Assembly: GCA_002375205.1 (NCBI GenBank)
Contig: DFLL01000017.1
Span: forward strand, 474 to 59,015
Source of the DNA: Bacillales bacterium UBA3620
GTDB taxonomy: Bacteria > Bacillota_I > Bacilli_A > RF39 > UBA660
Reading direction: 5' to 3'
DNA: 58,542 bases
Below are positions 46,717 through 56,329 of this stretch, one piece after another. The position numbers and the translations under genes were made by a program. Position 1 is the stretch's first letter. The number at the start of each line of letters is the position of its first letter. The notes beneath the pieces were generated by a model. That model was given only the letters and a program-made list of their open reading frames with translations. It did no database searches and was not told the origin of the DNA.

Positions 46717-46738
46717 AGGCACTCAAAAAAGAGTGCCT
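46717..46738 (-). terminator. Terminator/hairpin between rpsO and pnp
   Basis: AGGCACTC-aaaaaa-GAGTGCCT, perfect 8-bp stem. Confidence 0.7.
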
Positions 46739-46750
46739 ACTTTTCTATAT

Positions 46751-47020
46751 TTATTTTCTTAAGCCAAGTTTTTCAACAATAGCTCTATATCTTTTAACAT
46801 CATTCTTTAAAAGATAATTTAATAAACTTCTTCTTTTACCAACTTTAATAAGTAATCCTCTCTTAGAGTGCTTATCTTGTTTATTGTTCTTTAAATGTTC
46901 TGTAAGAGCATTAATTTCACTAGTTAAGATAGCAATCTGTACTTCAGCAGAACCAGTATCTTTTTCATTTCTAGCAAATTCTTTAATAATCTTACTTTTA
47001 ACATCTTTTCTTAAAGCCAT
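46751..47020 (-). CDS. rpsO: 30S ribosomal protein S15
   Basis: [16 protein letters not shown]....D.HS.RGL and LGLRK. Confidence 0.98.
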   Translation of the reverse strand: MALRKDVKSKIIKEFARNEKDTGSAEVQIAILTSEINALTEHLKNNKQDKHSKRGLLIKVGKRRSLLNYLLKNDVKRYRAIVEKLGLRK

Positions 47021-47097
47021 AATTTTTCCTCCTTATCTTATTTTCACCTTATACCTAGTTACAGACGAGGAATCTAATAACAAAGTTCAAGGAACAT
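47021..47097 (-). promoter_or_regulatory. Probable S15 autoregulatory leader
   Basis: About 75-nt leader of raised GC between a TTTACA-17-TAGTGT promoter and the AAGGAGG RBS. Firmicute rpsO genes carry such leaders; the structure was not verified. Confidence 0.4.
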
Positions 47098-47134
47098 ATT
47101 AATAATACACTATAATTAACATTTTGTAAAGTGT

Positions 47135-47746
47135 TTATCTTTGTTTTTTTCTTTTTTTTTCTTTGCTTTTTCCTTCAAGTTCTAGACTAAAGTTATTAAA
47201 ATTACCAACAAAAATATCGAAAGTTCTATTTTCATTAGAAGTTTCACTTAAAATATTAATATAATCATTTAATAAATCATTAATAGTATCAACATATCTT
47301 TCTTTTTCCTTACCATCAACCATTTGGTCTATAACATCAATATATTTTTTAAATGAATTCAAATAATTATCATTACTCTTTTTCTTTAAAGCATCAGCAA
47401 TATTAAAATTACATATAATAATCTTTAATTCAATAGAAGATATTTTATCTTTACCATTACCACATACTATTCTTAGCGGAAAACTACTGCCAATTACATT
47501 TTTTCCTTGAACAATTTCTAAATTATTATCCTTTTTTGAAACTTCACTTAGAAAATAATATTTATCATTATTAAAAACATTTTTCCCTTCATGGCAATCA
47601 TCCAATGATACACTAGAATCTTTTCTAAAAGCTATATATGGATTTTGTTTTTTATTCCAAATAGCACCTTTACCTGGTCCTAAATAATTAATAATGCCCA
47701 AACAGCCAATATTTATTTCATCAACACAAAAAAAATTTTCGTTCAT
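47135..47746 (-). CDS. Hypothetical protein
   Basis: RBS GGAGGT; basic tail KSKEKKRKKQR. Confidence 0.65.
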   Translation of the reverse strand: MNENFFCVDEINIGCLGIINYLGPGKGAIWNKKQNPYIAFRKDSSVSLDDCHEGKNVFNNDKYYFLSEVSKKDNNLEIVQGKNVIGSSFPLRIVCGNGKDKISSIELKIIICNFNIADALKKKSNDNYLNSFKKYIDVIDQMVDGKEKERYVDTINDLLNDYINILSETSNENRTFDIFVGNFNNFSLELEGKSKEKKRKKQR

Positions 47747-47758
47747 TTTATTTACCTC

Positions 47759-49030
47759 CTAATAATTTAATATTTTATTTATATAATCAATAAACATATT
47801 ATTACATAAATATAGATTAAAAATATATGTTGTAATAATTATAATAATAAATATATTACCCTCTCTTAATCTTATACCATATTTAATTTTTTTTCCTATT
47901 AATATTAAAATAAATAGTTCCATTAATAAAAACAATATTACTTGACTTCTAAGAACAGTAAAACCAAATTTATTAACATACAAAAACATTCTATAATATG
48001 AATTAAATATAAGTATTATTGAAAATAAGCAAAGAAGTAATACCAATATTTTAACTAATTTATTATCTTTAATTAAAGTAGTATAATAACATAAATATCC
48101 TATAATAATCATATTAATAACTGTAACACCAAGTAACTGAAAGAAACCTTCTCTAGCATACTTTGCATAAGTATACAATTCTGGTAGATGAAAAAAATTA
48201 ACAGTTAGCTTAGATATTTCAGATACTAAGAATAACATAAATACTAGATTAACCATTATAAGTATAGTATTTACTATATAACTATTAATATTTTTCTTTT
48301 TTCCAATATTACTTTCATTAAATCTATTTTTTAAAATATTAATAAAGATAGAAAATAACAATATAAATGATATTACAATAACAATAAAGTTACCAATTAC
48401 ATTATTAATATTAAATAAATTAGAAATAAAGTCAAATATTACATCCGTAAATAAATTAAAATAAGCATCGCCCGATGTAAGTAAAGATAATATAATACCT
48501 ACTATTGGTAAACCTATAATAAATCCTATAACTATATATATTAAATTATTTTTTTTCTTTGTCTTTTCTTTCTTTATAAGTTTCAAATAACTTAAGTTAG
48601 AAAAAAGGTTTCCCGGAAAAATCTTAAAATAATTCTTAATAAAATTTCTATCAACAACAAATCTTTCATTAGTTATTCCAGCAAAAAATATTGAAAGTAA
48701 AACTGGAAGCACTATAACATTTAATACCATATTACTATTATCAATATCAATTATTAAGTAACTAAAAAGTATTAATATAATAGGCACTAAAAACAAATAA
48801 TATTTTTTTCTCTTATCAATATCAAATTTTCTAATCAAAAATATAAAACTAATAATAAGTAAACTACATGGTATAATAAAATATTTAATATACAAATCCA
48901 TTTTAATATTATGAATAATCATCATTAGAAATGATATAGCAAGAAATAATATACTAATAAATTTAAAATTCTTTTTTATAAAAATATTTTCCATAATAAC
49001 TCCAAATAAATATGATATATATACTATCAC
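47759..49030 (-). CDS. DUF4173/DUF4153-family multi-pass membrane protein
   Basis: LL.S.D..F, YA.YAREGFFQL and S...RM.LY...FG.T.LR. Confidence 0.8.
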   Translation of the reverse strand: MIVYISYLFGVIMENIFIKKNFKFISILFLAISFLMMIIHNIKMDLYIKYFIIPCSLLIISFIFLIRKFDIDKRKKYYLFLVPIILILFSYLIIDIDNSNMVLNVIVLPVLLSIFFAGITNERFVVDRNFIKNYFKIFPGNLFSNLSYLKLIKKEKTKKKNNLIYIVIGFIIGLPIVGIILSLLTSGDAYFNLFTDVIFDFISNLFNINNVIGNFIVIVISFILLFSIFINILKNRFNESNIGKKKNINSYIVNTILIMVNLVFMLFLVSEISKLTVNFFHLPELYTYAKYAREGFFQLLGVTVINMIIIGYLCYYTTLIKDNKLVKILVLLLCLFSIILIFNSYYRMFLYVNKFGFTVLRSQVILFLLMELFILILIGKKIKYGIRLREGNIFIIIIITTYIFNLYLCNNMFIDYINKILNY

Positions 49031-49108
49031 AAAAACATTTAATTATCAAGTTTAAATTTTTTCTAACAAATTCAGTACAATTTTATTACAATGCCAAAAA
49101 ATTTAAAA

Positions 49109-50095
49109 TTACTTTTCAATATTCAAATACTCGTAAGTTTTATCTGTAACAACTCTACCTCTTGCAGTTCTTTTTAAATATCCCTGCTGCAATAAAAATG
49201 GTTCATAAACATCTTCAATAGTAGATGCCTCTTCTCCAATTGAAGAAGCAAGTGCTTCTAAACCAACAGGTCCTCCATTAAATCTTTCGATAATAGCCAT
49301 AAGTAAATTATAATCTGTTTCATCTAAACCTGTTTTATCAACCTTTAACTTATCAAGTGAGCTAGAAAGAACATCTTCATTAATAATACCATCACCATAT
49401 ACCAAAGCAAAATCTCTTATCCTCTTAAAAAGTCTATTAGCAATTCTTGGCGTTCCTCTGCTTCTTCTAGCCAAGCATCTCGCAGCTTCATCCGTAATCG
49501 GAGTATCTAATACCCTAGATGTCCTCTTAATAATCTGATATAATTCTTCATCTGTATAGTAATTAAGTTTAGATATAATCCCAAATCTATCTCTTAAAGG
49601 ACTAGACAAATCACCCGCTCTAGTAGTTGCGCCAACTAAAGTAAAATGTGGTAAATTAATTTTAATATTTCTCGAAGAACCATCACTACCAACAATAATA
49701 TCTAAATAAAAATCCTCCATAGCGGGATACAATATTTCTTCAATATATCTAGGAATTCTATGAATTTCATCAATAAACAAAACATCTCCTTCTTCTAAAG
49801 TAGATAAAATTGCCGCCAAATCACCAGCTTTTTCAATAGAGGGCCCGCTAGCGGTCTTAATATTACTCCCAAGTTCATTTGCAATAATATAAGCAAGAGT
49901 CGTTTTGCCAAGACCCGGAGGACCATATAAAAGAATATGATCAAGTGTTTCTCCCCTCATTAATGCACTCTTAATAAAAACTCTTAAATTCTCTTTAATT
50001 TCACTTTGACCAACATATTCATCAAGCTTCTTTGGTCTAATATTTAATTCTCTATCTTCATCTGTTTCTATACTACTAACTATTCTCTCTTCCAT
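49109..50095 (-). CDS. ruvB: Holliday junction branch migration helicase RuvB
   Basis: [32 protein letters not shown] and [10 protein letters not shown]. Confidence 0.98.
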   Translation of the reverse strand: MEERIVSSIETDEDRELNIRPKKLDEYVGQSEIKENLRVFIKSALMRGETLDHILLYGPPGLGKTTLAYIIANELGSNIKTASGPSIEKAGDLAAILSTLEEGDVLFIDEIHRIPRYIEEILYPAMEDFYLDIIVGSDGSSRNIKINLPHFTLVGATTRAGDLSSPLRDRFGIISKLNYYTDEELYQIIKRTSRVLDTPITDEAARCLARRSRGTPRIANRLFKRIRDFALVYGDGIINEDVLSSSLDKLKVDKTGLDETDYNLLMAIIERFNGGPVGLEALASSIGEEASTIEDVYEPFLLQQGYLKRTARGRVVTDKTYEYLNIEK

Positions 50096-50657
50096 TAACC
50101 ATGACCTCCTTATATATCGAATTGTATAAATCCTTTGAACTATTATCTTCCTCTATTTTTAAAGAACTTATATCGGGTAAATCATCTTTTGAAGAAAGTC
50201 CAAAATAATCTAAAAATTCATCCGTCGTTCTATATAAAATCGGTTTTCCTGGCAAATCACTTTTACCACACTCTTTAATTAAACCCTTAGCAAGTAATCT
50301 CCTCATAACATAAGAAGAATCAACCCCTCTTAAAGAATCGACATTACCTCTCGTAATCGGTTCATTATAAGCAATAATCGCAAGAGTTTCTAAAGCCGAT
50401 TGTGATAAATTATTTGAACTAGGCTCTTCAAGTAATTTTTTATAATATTCTTTATGTTCTTCACAAGTAGTAAGTTTAATAGTATTACCCAAAAAGTTAA
50501 TTCTAAGGCCTCTATTATTATTGACATAATAATTTTTCAAATTAAGAACAGCCTCTTTAGCCTTTTCCTCATCTATTTCCAAAATATCCTCAATTTGTTT
50601 TAAAGTAAGACCCAAATCACCTTGAACATAAAGTAATCCTTCAATAATACCTTCCAT
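50076..50657 (-). CDS. scpB: SMC-Scp complex subunit ScpB
   Basis: [34 protein letters not shown]. Confidence 0.96.
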   Translation of the reverse strand: MEGIIEGLLYVQGDLGLTLKQIEDILEIDEEKAKEAVLNLKNYYVNNNRGLRINFLGNTIKLTTCEEHKEYYKKLLEEPSSNNLSQSALETLAIIAYNEPITRGNVDSLRGVDSSYVMRRLLAKGLIKECGKSDLPGKPILYRTTDEFLDYFGLSSKDDLPDISSLKIEEDNSSKDLYNSIYKEVMVNGRENS

Positions 50658-51370
50658 TACACATCCCTCAATTCTATCAAAATTTTATCAAAATTTCTAT
50701 CTTGCTTAACAATAATATCTCTTTCTTTAACCATCTCAAGTATCGATAAGAAAGTAACAACAATATAAGGCTTATTAAATTCCTCAAAAAGTTCATCTAA
50801 ATAAACTCTTTTCTTTTGAAATAAAATATTCTTAATACCAATTTTTCTCTCCCTAACAGAATATTCTTTCTTAGTAATCGTCGTTTCTAATGGTTTATCA
50901 AGTTCTTGCCTTACTAAAAAAGATTTAAAAGCCGCAATCAAATCGTCAATACTAGATTCACCTACAATCTTACTTGATATATAATCACTAACTTTTTCAG
51001 GATTTTTAACATAAATATTTTTTCTCTCTTTTTCTAACTCTTTAAGAGAAAAAGTAACTTCTTTATATCTTTGATATTCCAATAATTTATCAATCAAACT
51101 CTCCCTAGTAATTTCCTCTTCTAAATCATCATTTTTAGTATTATCACTTGGTAATAAACTTTTACTCTTCAAATACATCAGTTCAGCAGCCATAACTAAA
51201 TAATCCGATGAAACATTGATATTAAGACTCTCTTCTTTTCTAATATACTCTAAGTACTTATCTGTTATCTCGACAATATTAATATCAAAAATATCAGTAT
51301 TTCCTTCTTTTACTAAATGTAAAAGTAAATCTAAAGGTCCTTCAAAATTACTAAGCCTAACAAAATTCAT
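50657..51370 (-). CDS. scpA: Kleisin ScpA
   Basis: FEGPLDLLL.L, YLVMAA.L...KS..LLP and VVTFL.ILE. Confidence 0.96.
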   Translation of the reverse strand: MNFVRLSNFEGPLDLLLHLVKEGNTDIFDINIVEITDKYLEYIRKEESLNINVSSDYLVMAAELMYLKSKSLLPSDNTKNDDLEEEITRESLIDKLLEYQRYKEVTFSLKELEKERKNIYVKNPEKVSDYISSKIVGESSIDDLIAAFKSFLVRQELDKPLETTITKKEYSVRERKIGIKNILFQKKRVYLDELFEEFNKPYIVVTFLSILEMVKERDIIVKQDRNFDKILIELRDV

Positions 51371-51531
51371 AAAAGCCCACCATCCTAATTAATTGTACTA
51401 AATTTTAGTGTAAAAGTCTATATTTTTAAATATATTACTACATAATTAGCTAGTAAAATCATTATAAACATAATACTTATGATTGTCAATCTTTTTGTTT
51501 AAAATAAAAACATATGTATGCTTTATATAAT

Positions 51532-51558
51532 AAAATGTAACCAAATAGGTTACATTTT
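51532..51558. promoter_or_regulatory. Operator-like perfect inverted repeat between divergent scpA and ORF 51602
   Basis: AAAATGTAACC-aaata-GGTTACATTTT, 11-bp arms. Confidence 0.6.
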
Positions 51559-51601
51559 TCTAAATAAATTTATACTATACTAAAAAAGAGGAGAGGAAAA
51601 T

Positions 51602-51820
51602 ATGACAGACTTATCAAAAAAAGTATCCATGGTAGTAGAACACCTAATTAGATATGATAATAAAAAGAAATTATCATGGACAAATGTTTATAAAGAAGTA
51701 TTAAAAGAATTAAATCTTAAAGATGATGATCAAAATATTTTAGTCAAAACCGTAAAAGAATTAACAAATCTCGGCTATGACATAATTGGTGATCCTTTTA
51801 AATTAGAAAAATTTAGATAA
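51602..51820 (+). CDS. Small hypothetical protein (possible winged-helix-like)
   Basis: Strong RBS GAGGAGAGG; terminator AATTACACT-ttaat-AGTGTAATT plus T-tract downstream. Confidence 0.7.
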   Translation: MTDLSKKVSMVVEHLIRYDNKKKLSWTNVYKEVLKELNLKDDDQNILVKTVKELTNLGYDIIGDPFKLEKFR

Positions 51821-51883
51821 TTACACTTTAATAGTGTAATTTTTTTAATAGAAAAAGAAATATCATAATAGATATTTCTACTC

Positions 51884-52123
51884 TCATTCACTTTTAAATG
51901 CCAAAAGGATTTCTTTAAGTCTATCTTCACCAGTTACTTCAACAATTACTTTTTCCTTATCAGATTCTTCTATACTAACAAGCTTAAAGTCATTTTCAAT
52001 ATCCGTCTCCGTAGCATTTATTTTTGCAATATAATAATAATTAACATCATTATATAACGCTTTATCCAAAACTAAATATTTTTCACCATTACCCAAAGTA
52101 ATAACCTTATCAATATCTATCAT
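51884..52123 (-). CDS. Small acidic hypothetical protein
   Basis: RBS present; last gene of the coiled-coil pair operon. Confidence 0.65.
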   Translation of the reverse strand: MIDIDKVITLGNGEKYLVLDKALYNDVNYYYIAKINATETDIENDFKLVSIEESDKEKVIVEVTGEDRLKEILLAFKSE

Positions 52124-52139
52124 ATTATCACTTTCCCCT

Positions 52140-53768
52140 CTAATTATTTACTTCTGGAAATCCAAAATTATCATTACCATCATTTAAATTATCATTATGA
52201 ATTGGAATATTAATATTTGGAAAATCACTTGCTTCAAGCTTAGAATCAGAAACAGGAATCCAAAAAGAACTGCCTTCTTCATTTTTAGAACCATCATCTT
52301 TTTCTCTCATTTTGCTGCCATCAGAAGATTCTTTTTCAACTTCAGTATTACTATTTTCATCGTTATTAGTAATAATCTCATCACTCAAAGAATTAATAAC
52401 CTGTTCGTTTACAATATTAGTTTCATCAGTATGAGGTTTTTCTTGAACAACGTTTTGAATATCATTTACATCCGAAACAATATTATTATCAAGTTCCATA
52501 GCATTGCCAAGTTCTATATTTAATTTCTTTTTAACCTTATCTCTAACACTAGTTCCCTTTAATTTAGCAAGTCCAACATTTAAAGTCAAAGGGGAATCAT
52601 CAATAGAAATAATACTATAAGGATTATACTCTTTTACCGAAATACCATCAGTAACAGGAATATCTACAGATAATAAAGAATTACTTTCTAATTTATCTTC
52701 CTGTTCCTTAGTTTCATCAATTAAATTATATTCGCTAAGAATAGCCAGTATTTCCGGTTCCTTTATTACTTCCTCTAATTCTTCTAATCTCTCTTCCTTA
52801 AACTCTATCCTACTAGTAAGATTAGCTATATTATCTAATATTTCTTTCTCATTATTTAATATCTTACTTTGATTTAACATTACATCCTCAAAAGGAATTA
52901 ATATATCAGTATCTACATTAATCGTCTTTCTTTCTTCAAATAAACTAGTAATTTCATCTCTCTTAGCAAGAATATCCTTGAATTCATCCTCAAAATTAAT
53001 AACAAGTTTATATATCTTAAGAATAATCTCCCTATCTTTCCATAATGAATAACTCTTACTTGCCTCTTCAATATAAGAAGTATATTCATCATCCATACCA
53101 GTCGATAGAAGACTTTCAACACTTTCCTTAGTAATATCTAAAGTCTCTTTATTATCTTTAGCTTTCTTACTGACTTCCTCTAAAATATTAATTATATTTT
53201 CTTCTTCAATACTACCATAATATTCATCAGAACTTACACTAGTAACAAAGGAAGAATATAATTCATCTTCAAGTGCTTTATTCTTTTCAAAATAATCATC
53301 TTTCTTTTCTTCTTCTTCACTAAGCGTTTCTCTCAATTTTTCTATATTTTCTTTAATATTTTCAATTTCTTTAACTGTATCCAAATACTTAGAAATCAGA
53401 TTTAATCTTTCTTTCTTATTATTAAGTTCATTTTCTGATACAATAAGTTGAAGATTCTTAATATATTTACCAGTAGCAGCATGAAAATCTCCTGCTAGAG
53501 AGCTTCTCTTTTTTAATCTGTCTTCAAGTAAATCAATTAATTTCTCTAATCTTTCTCGTTCTTTATCTAAAGTTTTTTTAGGTGTAATAAGATTTTTTAA
53601 TTCTTTTTGAAACTCTTCATTATAATAAGAATCGATTTTTTTTGCATATTTTTCATAATTCTCAAGTACTTCTTCAGAAACATCTTCACCCTTAATACTG
53701 TCAAGTTTAATTCTCATCTCAAATATTTTACATAAATTTTCAAATGTTTTTATAGAGTTTCCTTCCAT
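52140..53768 (-). CDS. Long coiled-coil protein B with an acidic disordered tail
   Basis: E/K-rich heptads; N-terminal region alignable to 53750..55387. Confidence 0.75.
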   Translation of the reverse strand: MEGNSIKTFENLCKIFEMRIKLDSIKGEDVSEEVLENYEKYAKKIDSYYNEEFQKELKNLITPKKTLDKERERLEKLIDLLEDRLKKRSSLAGDFHAATGKYIKNLQLIVSENELNNKKERLNLISKYLDTVKEIENIKENIEKLRETLSEEEEKKDDYFEKNKALEDELYSSFVTSVSSDEYYGSIEEENIINILEEVSKKAKDNKETLDITKESVESLLSTGMDDEYTSYIEEASKSYSLWKDREIILKIYKLVINFEDEFKDILAKRDEITSLFEERKTINVDTDILIPFEDVMLNQSKILNNEKEILDNIANLTSRIEFKEERLEELEEVIKEPEILAILSEYNLIDETKEQEDKLESNSLLSVDIPVTDGISVKEYNPYSIISIDDSPLTLNVGLAKLKGTSVRDKVKKKLNIELGNAMELDNNIVSDVNDIQNVVQEKPHTDETNIVNEQVINSLSDEIITNNDENSNTEVEKESSDGSKMREKDDGSKNEEGSSFWIPVSDSKLEASDFPNINIPIHNDNLNDGNDNFGFPEVNN

Positions 53769-55387
53769 AGTATCCCACCTTCTTTTTTATTCGTTTTTGA
53801 AATATCAATTTTATCATCACTATCCAATAATTCAGGTTTCAAATTATTATTTTCAATAATTGGAATATCATCAAAATCACTCATATCAAACTTAATTTCT
53901 TCCTTGGCCTCTTCCTTTTTATCATCAATGTCTATATCATCAAAACTTATTGATAAATCAACCGGATCAGTATTCTCTACGAACAAATCCTTAGCTTTAT
54001 TATCATCTAATAAACGATTGTCATCTACAGCTTCTTCAGTCATTTCTTCTAAAATACTCTTCTCTTCAGGTAGCACTGCTAATTTATTATCTTCCTTTTT
54101 AGGAAATATATCATCTATTGTAATATTCTTTAAATCATTAACTTTACTTTTCTTATTAGAACTAATAACAGTATTATCTTGAAGTTCTTTAACTTTACTT
54201 AGCCTTTCATGTTGATCTTTCATTCTAGCTTCTTCAATAAGCTTTTGTCTTCTTCTTCTCGATGCCTCTAATTTTTGTTCCTCTATTAATCTTGCTTGTT
54301 TTTCTTGATATTCTTTCTTCTTAGCAATCTTTGCCTGCTCTTCTTTGATTCTGGCCTCATTCTTAACTAGTTCATCTAAAACAACCTTAAACTCTTTGGA
54401 ATTATTTTCTTCTTCTAAAGCAGACATTCTTTCTCTCTTAGCCAATCTTTCCTTCTTTAAAGTTTCATAAGTATCTAAATCCTGCTTTTGAAGTCTAATA
54501 GTATTTAACTCCCTTGAAAGTTCCTCATTTATTTCCATATATAAATCACTCTCAGGTATTTCTTTCAATATTTCATCAATGGTTTCCCTTTTCTTAAGTA
54601 AAGAATCATAATCCTCTGATTTTTCATCATATACCTTCATTAATTTCAAAGCATATAATTCCTCATTATACTTATTAAATTCTAAAGTTACTTCAGACAA
54701 AATATTATCACATTCCAATATCATAAAAGTATTATTTATATCTTTAGCACTTTTTAAATTTTCCCTAGCCATATCAAGAGCATATTTTAAAGTAGTATGT
54801 TTTTCTTCAATGTCACTTTCTTTAGAAGTAAGCCCATATAGATTAAATTTTTCAAAAGCCTTATTAACTAATTCTTGCATTTTGTTTTCTAAAATATCAT
54901 CTAATCTAGCATTTGCTTTAACATTACGAGAAGCCTCACTAATCTTAATATCGAGAGATTTCATCTCATTCATAATACTTTCTTGTTCTTCTCGATTCTT
55001 CTCATAGGTCTCGATAATATCTAATCTTCTTTTAAATATAGAGAGTTTATCTTCCCCAAGAAAAGTCATAAGTTCCACTAAAGAACCCGTAATCTTTTTA
55101 TGTTCAGCCTTTCTCTCATCTAAATATTTTCTTCTTTCTTCGATAATATTAATAAGTTTCCTTAGTCTAGACTTTTCTTCATTAAAAGACGCTGCTTCCT
55201 CATTAAGAGCATGCATATACTCTTCTTCATATTCTGTATTAGTATCAAGTAATATTTGTCTTTCAATTTTATCTAATTGATCACATATTCTCTCTCTCGT
55301 ATTTTCATCTTTAGCTAATTCTAAACTACTTAAAAACATATCATATTGCTTTAATCTTCTTACTACTTCTCTATTAGTATAGTTCAC
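53750..55387 (-). CDS. Long coiled-coil protein A with an acidic disordered tail
   Basis: GTG start after GAGGTGG; E/K/R-rich heptads; overlaps the next gene by 19 nt. Confidence 0.75.
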   Translation of the reverse strand: MNYTNREVVRRLKQYDMFLSSLELAKDENTRERICDQLDKIERQILLDTNTEYEEEYMHALNEEAASFNEEKSRLRKLINIIEERRKYLDERKAEHKKITGSLVELMTFLGEDKLSIFKRRLDIIETYEKNREEQESIMNEMKSLDIKISEASRNVKANARLDDILENKMQELVNKAFEKFNLYGLTSKESDIEEKHTTLKYALDMARENLKSAKDINNTFMILECDNILSEVTLEFNKYNEELYALKLMKVYDEKSEDYDSLLKKRETIDEILKEIPESDLYMEINEELSRELNTIRLQKQDLDTYETLKKERLAKRERMSALEEENNSKEFKVVLDELVKNEARIKEEQAKIAKKKEYQEKQARLIEEQKLEASRRRRQKLIEEARMKDQHERLSKVKELQDNTVISSNKKSKVNDLKNITIDDIFPKKEDNKLAVLPEEKSILEEMTEEAVDDNRLLDDNKAKDLFVENTDPVDLSISFDDIDIDDKKEEAKEEIKFDMSDFDDIPIIENNNLKPELLDSDDKIDISKTNKKEGGILWKETL

Positions 55388-55489
55388 GCTAAACCACCTC
55401 TAGTATAATTATAATTTTTTTAGCACCTTTTGTCAATTATAAACAATATTTTTATAAAAAAAAATCTATACATCAAAGTTTAGATTTTT

Positions 55490-56221
55490 TTATATAACTC
55501 TTCTCACATCAATTATTGGCATTATATATAAATCTGTTACTACAATTCCAACATTAGAATTTAAAGCATGTACAAGTTGACCATTGCCAATATACAAAGA
55601 TGAATGACATATACTTCCATTATAACCAGATAATACTATATCTCCTGGTTTAATATTAGCTAAACCAACGCTTACACCATTATACACTTGGGAGGCAGCA
55701 GCTCTTTCAAGATGTATACCAAAATTAGCAAATACTAACTTAGTAAAACCTGAACAATCTGTTCCACTTGTCAATGAGTTACCACCATATACATAAGGAC
55801 CTCCGACAAATTGAAGAGCATAATTAACAATCTGTGTTGCTAATTCCTCATTATATTCAGGAATATAACTATATTGTGGTATATATCTTGTTTCTTCTAC
55901 TACTTCTTCTACATAAGTTTCAGTTTCTTCATCTTCTGGCTCTTCCTCTACTACTGAAATTTCCTCTTCCTCAATGATTTCATCTTTTCTTTCTTCTTCT
56001 AATTCCTTTTCCGTTTTTTCTTGCTTGTTTTCCTCTGAAATCGGTAGTGATAACAATTCCATTGTAAACTCATTCTTGTCATTTATTTCTCTCATTGTTA
56101 ATAGTTCACTACTTAATACTATTTCTTTTTCAAATCCTCTAATATTACTATCATAAAATGCATAACACAAAACTCCTAGTAAAAGAGTTAACGCTGCAAT
56201 TTCTAATTTATGTTTTTTCAC
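55490..56221 (-). CDS. NlpC/P60 (C40) cell-wall peptidase
   Basis: Signal/TM segment, Glu-rich linker, G.PYVYGG, DCSGF, PGD, H..LY.GNG..VHA. Confidence 0.93.
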   Translation of the reverse strand: MKKHKLEIAALTLLLGVLCYAFYDSNIRGFEKEIVLSSELLTMREINDKNEFTMELLSLPISEENKQEKTEKELEEERKDEIIEEEEISVVEEEPEDEETETYVEEVVEETRYIPQYSYIPEYNEELATQIVNYALQFVGGPYVYGGNSLTSGTDCSGFTKLVFANFGIHLERAAASQVYNGVSVGLANIKPGDIVLSGYNGSICHSSLYIGNGQLVHALNSNVGIVVTDLYIMPIIDVRRVI

Positions 56222-56329
56222 TTCTACACCTCTTTTTAGCGGACGTCATCTATCGTATCACAAATGAAATATAATGTCAAACAGAAATTTATAAACCCTT
56301 TATTTATAAAGGATAAAGAAAAAGAAGAA

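Noticed and set aside
1772..56156. Short alternative-frame or antisense ORFs in the track (e.g. 1772, 8728, 19240, 24447, 35556, 36627, 37896, 38464, 38537, 41374, 42375, 43232, 44725, 46121, 46884, 52197, 52913, 53904, 54810, 55974)
   Set aside because: They lie wholly or mostly within well-supported genes and have no evident RBS or motif; they are shadow ORFs.
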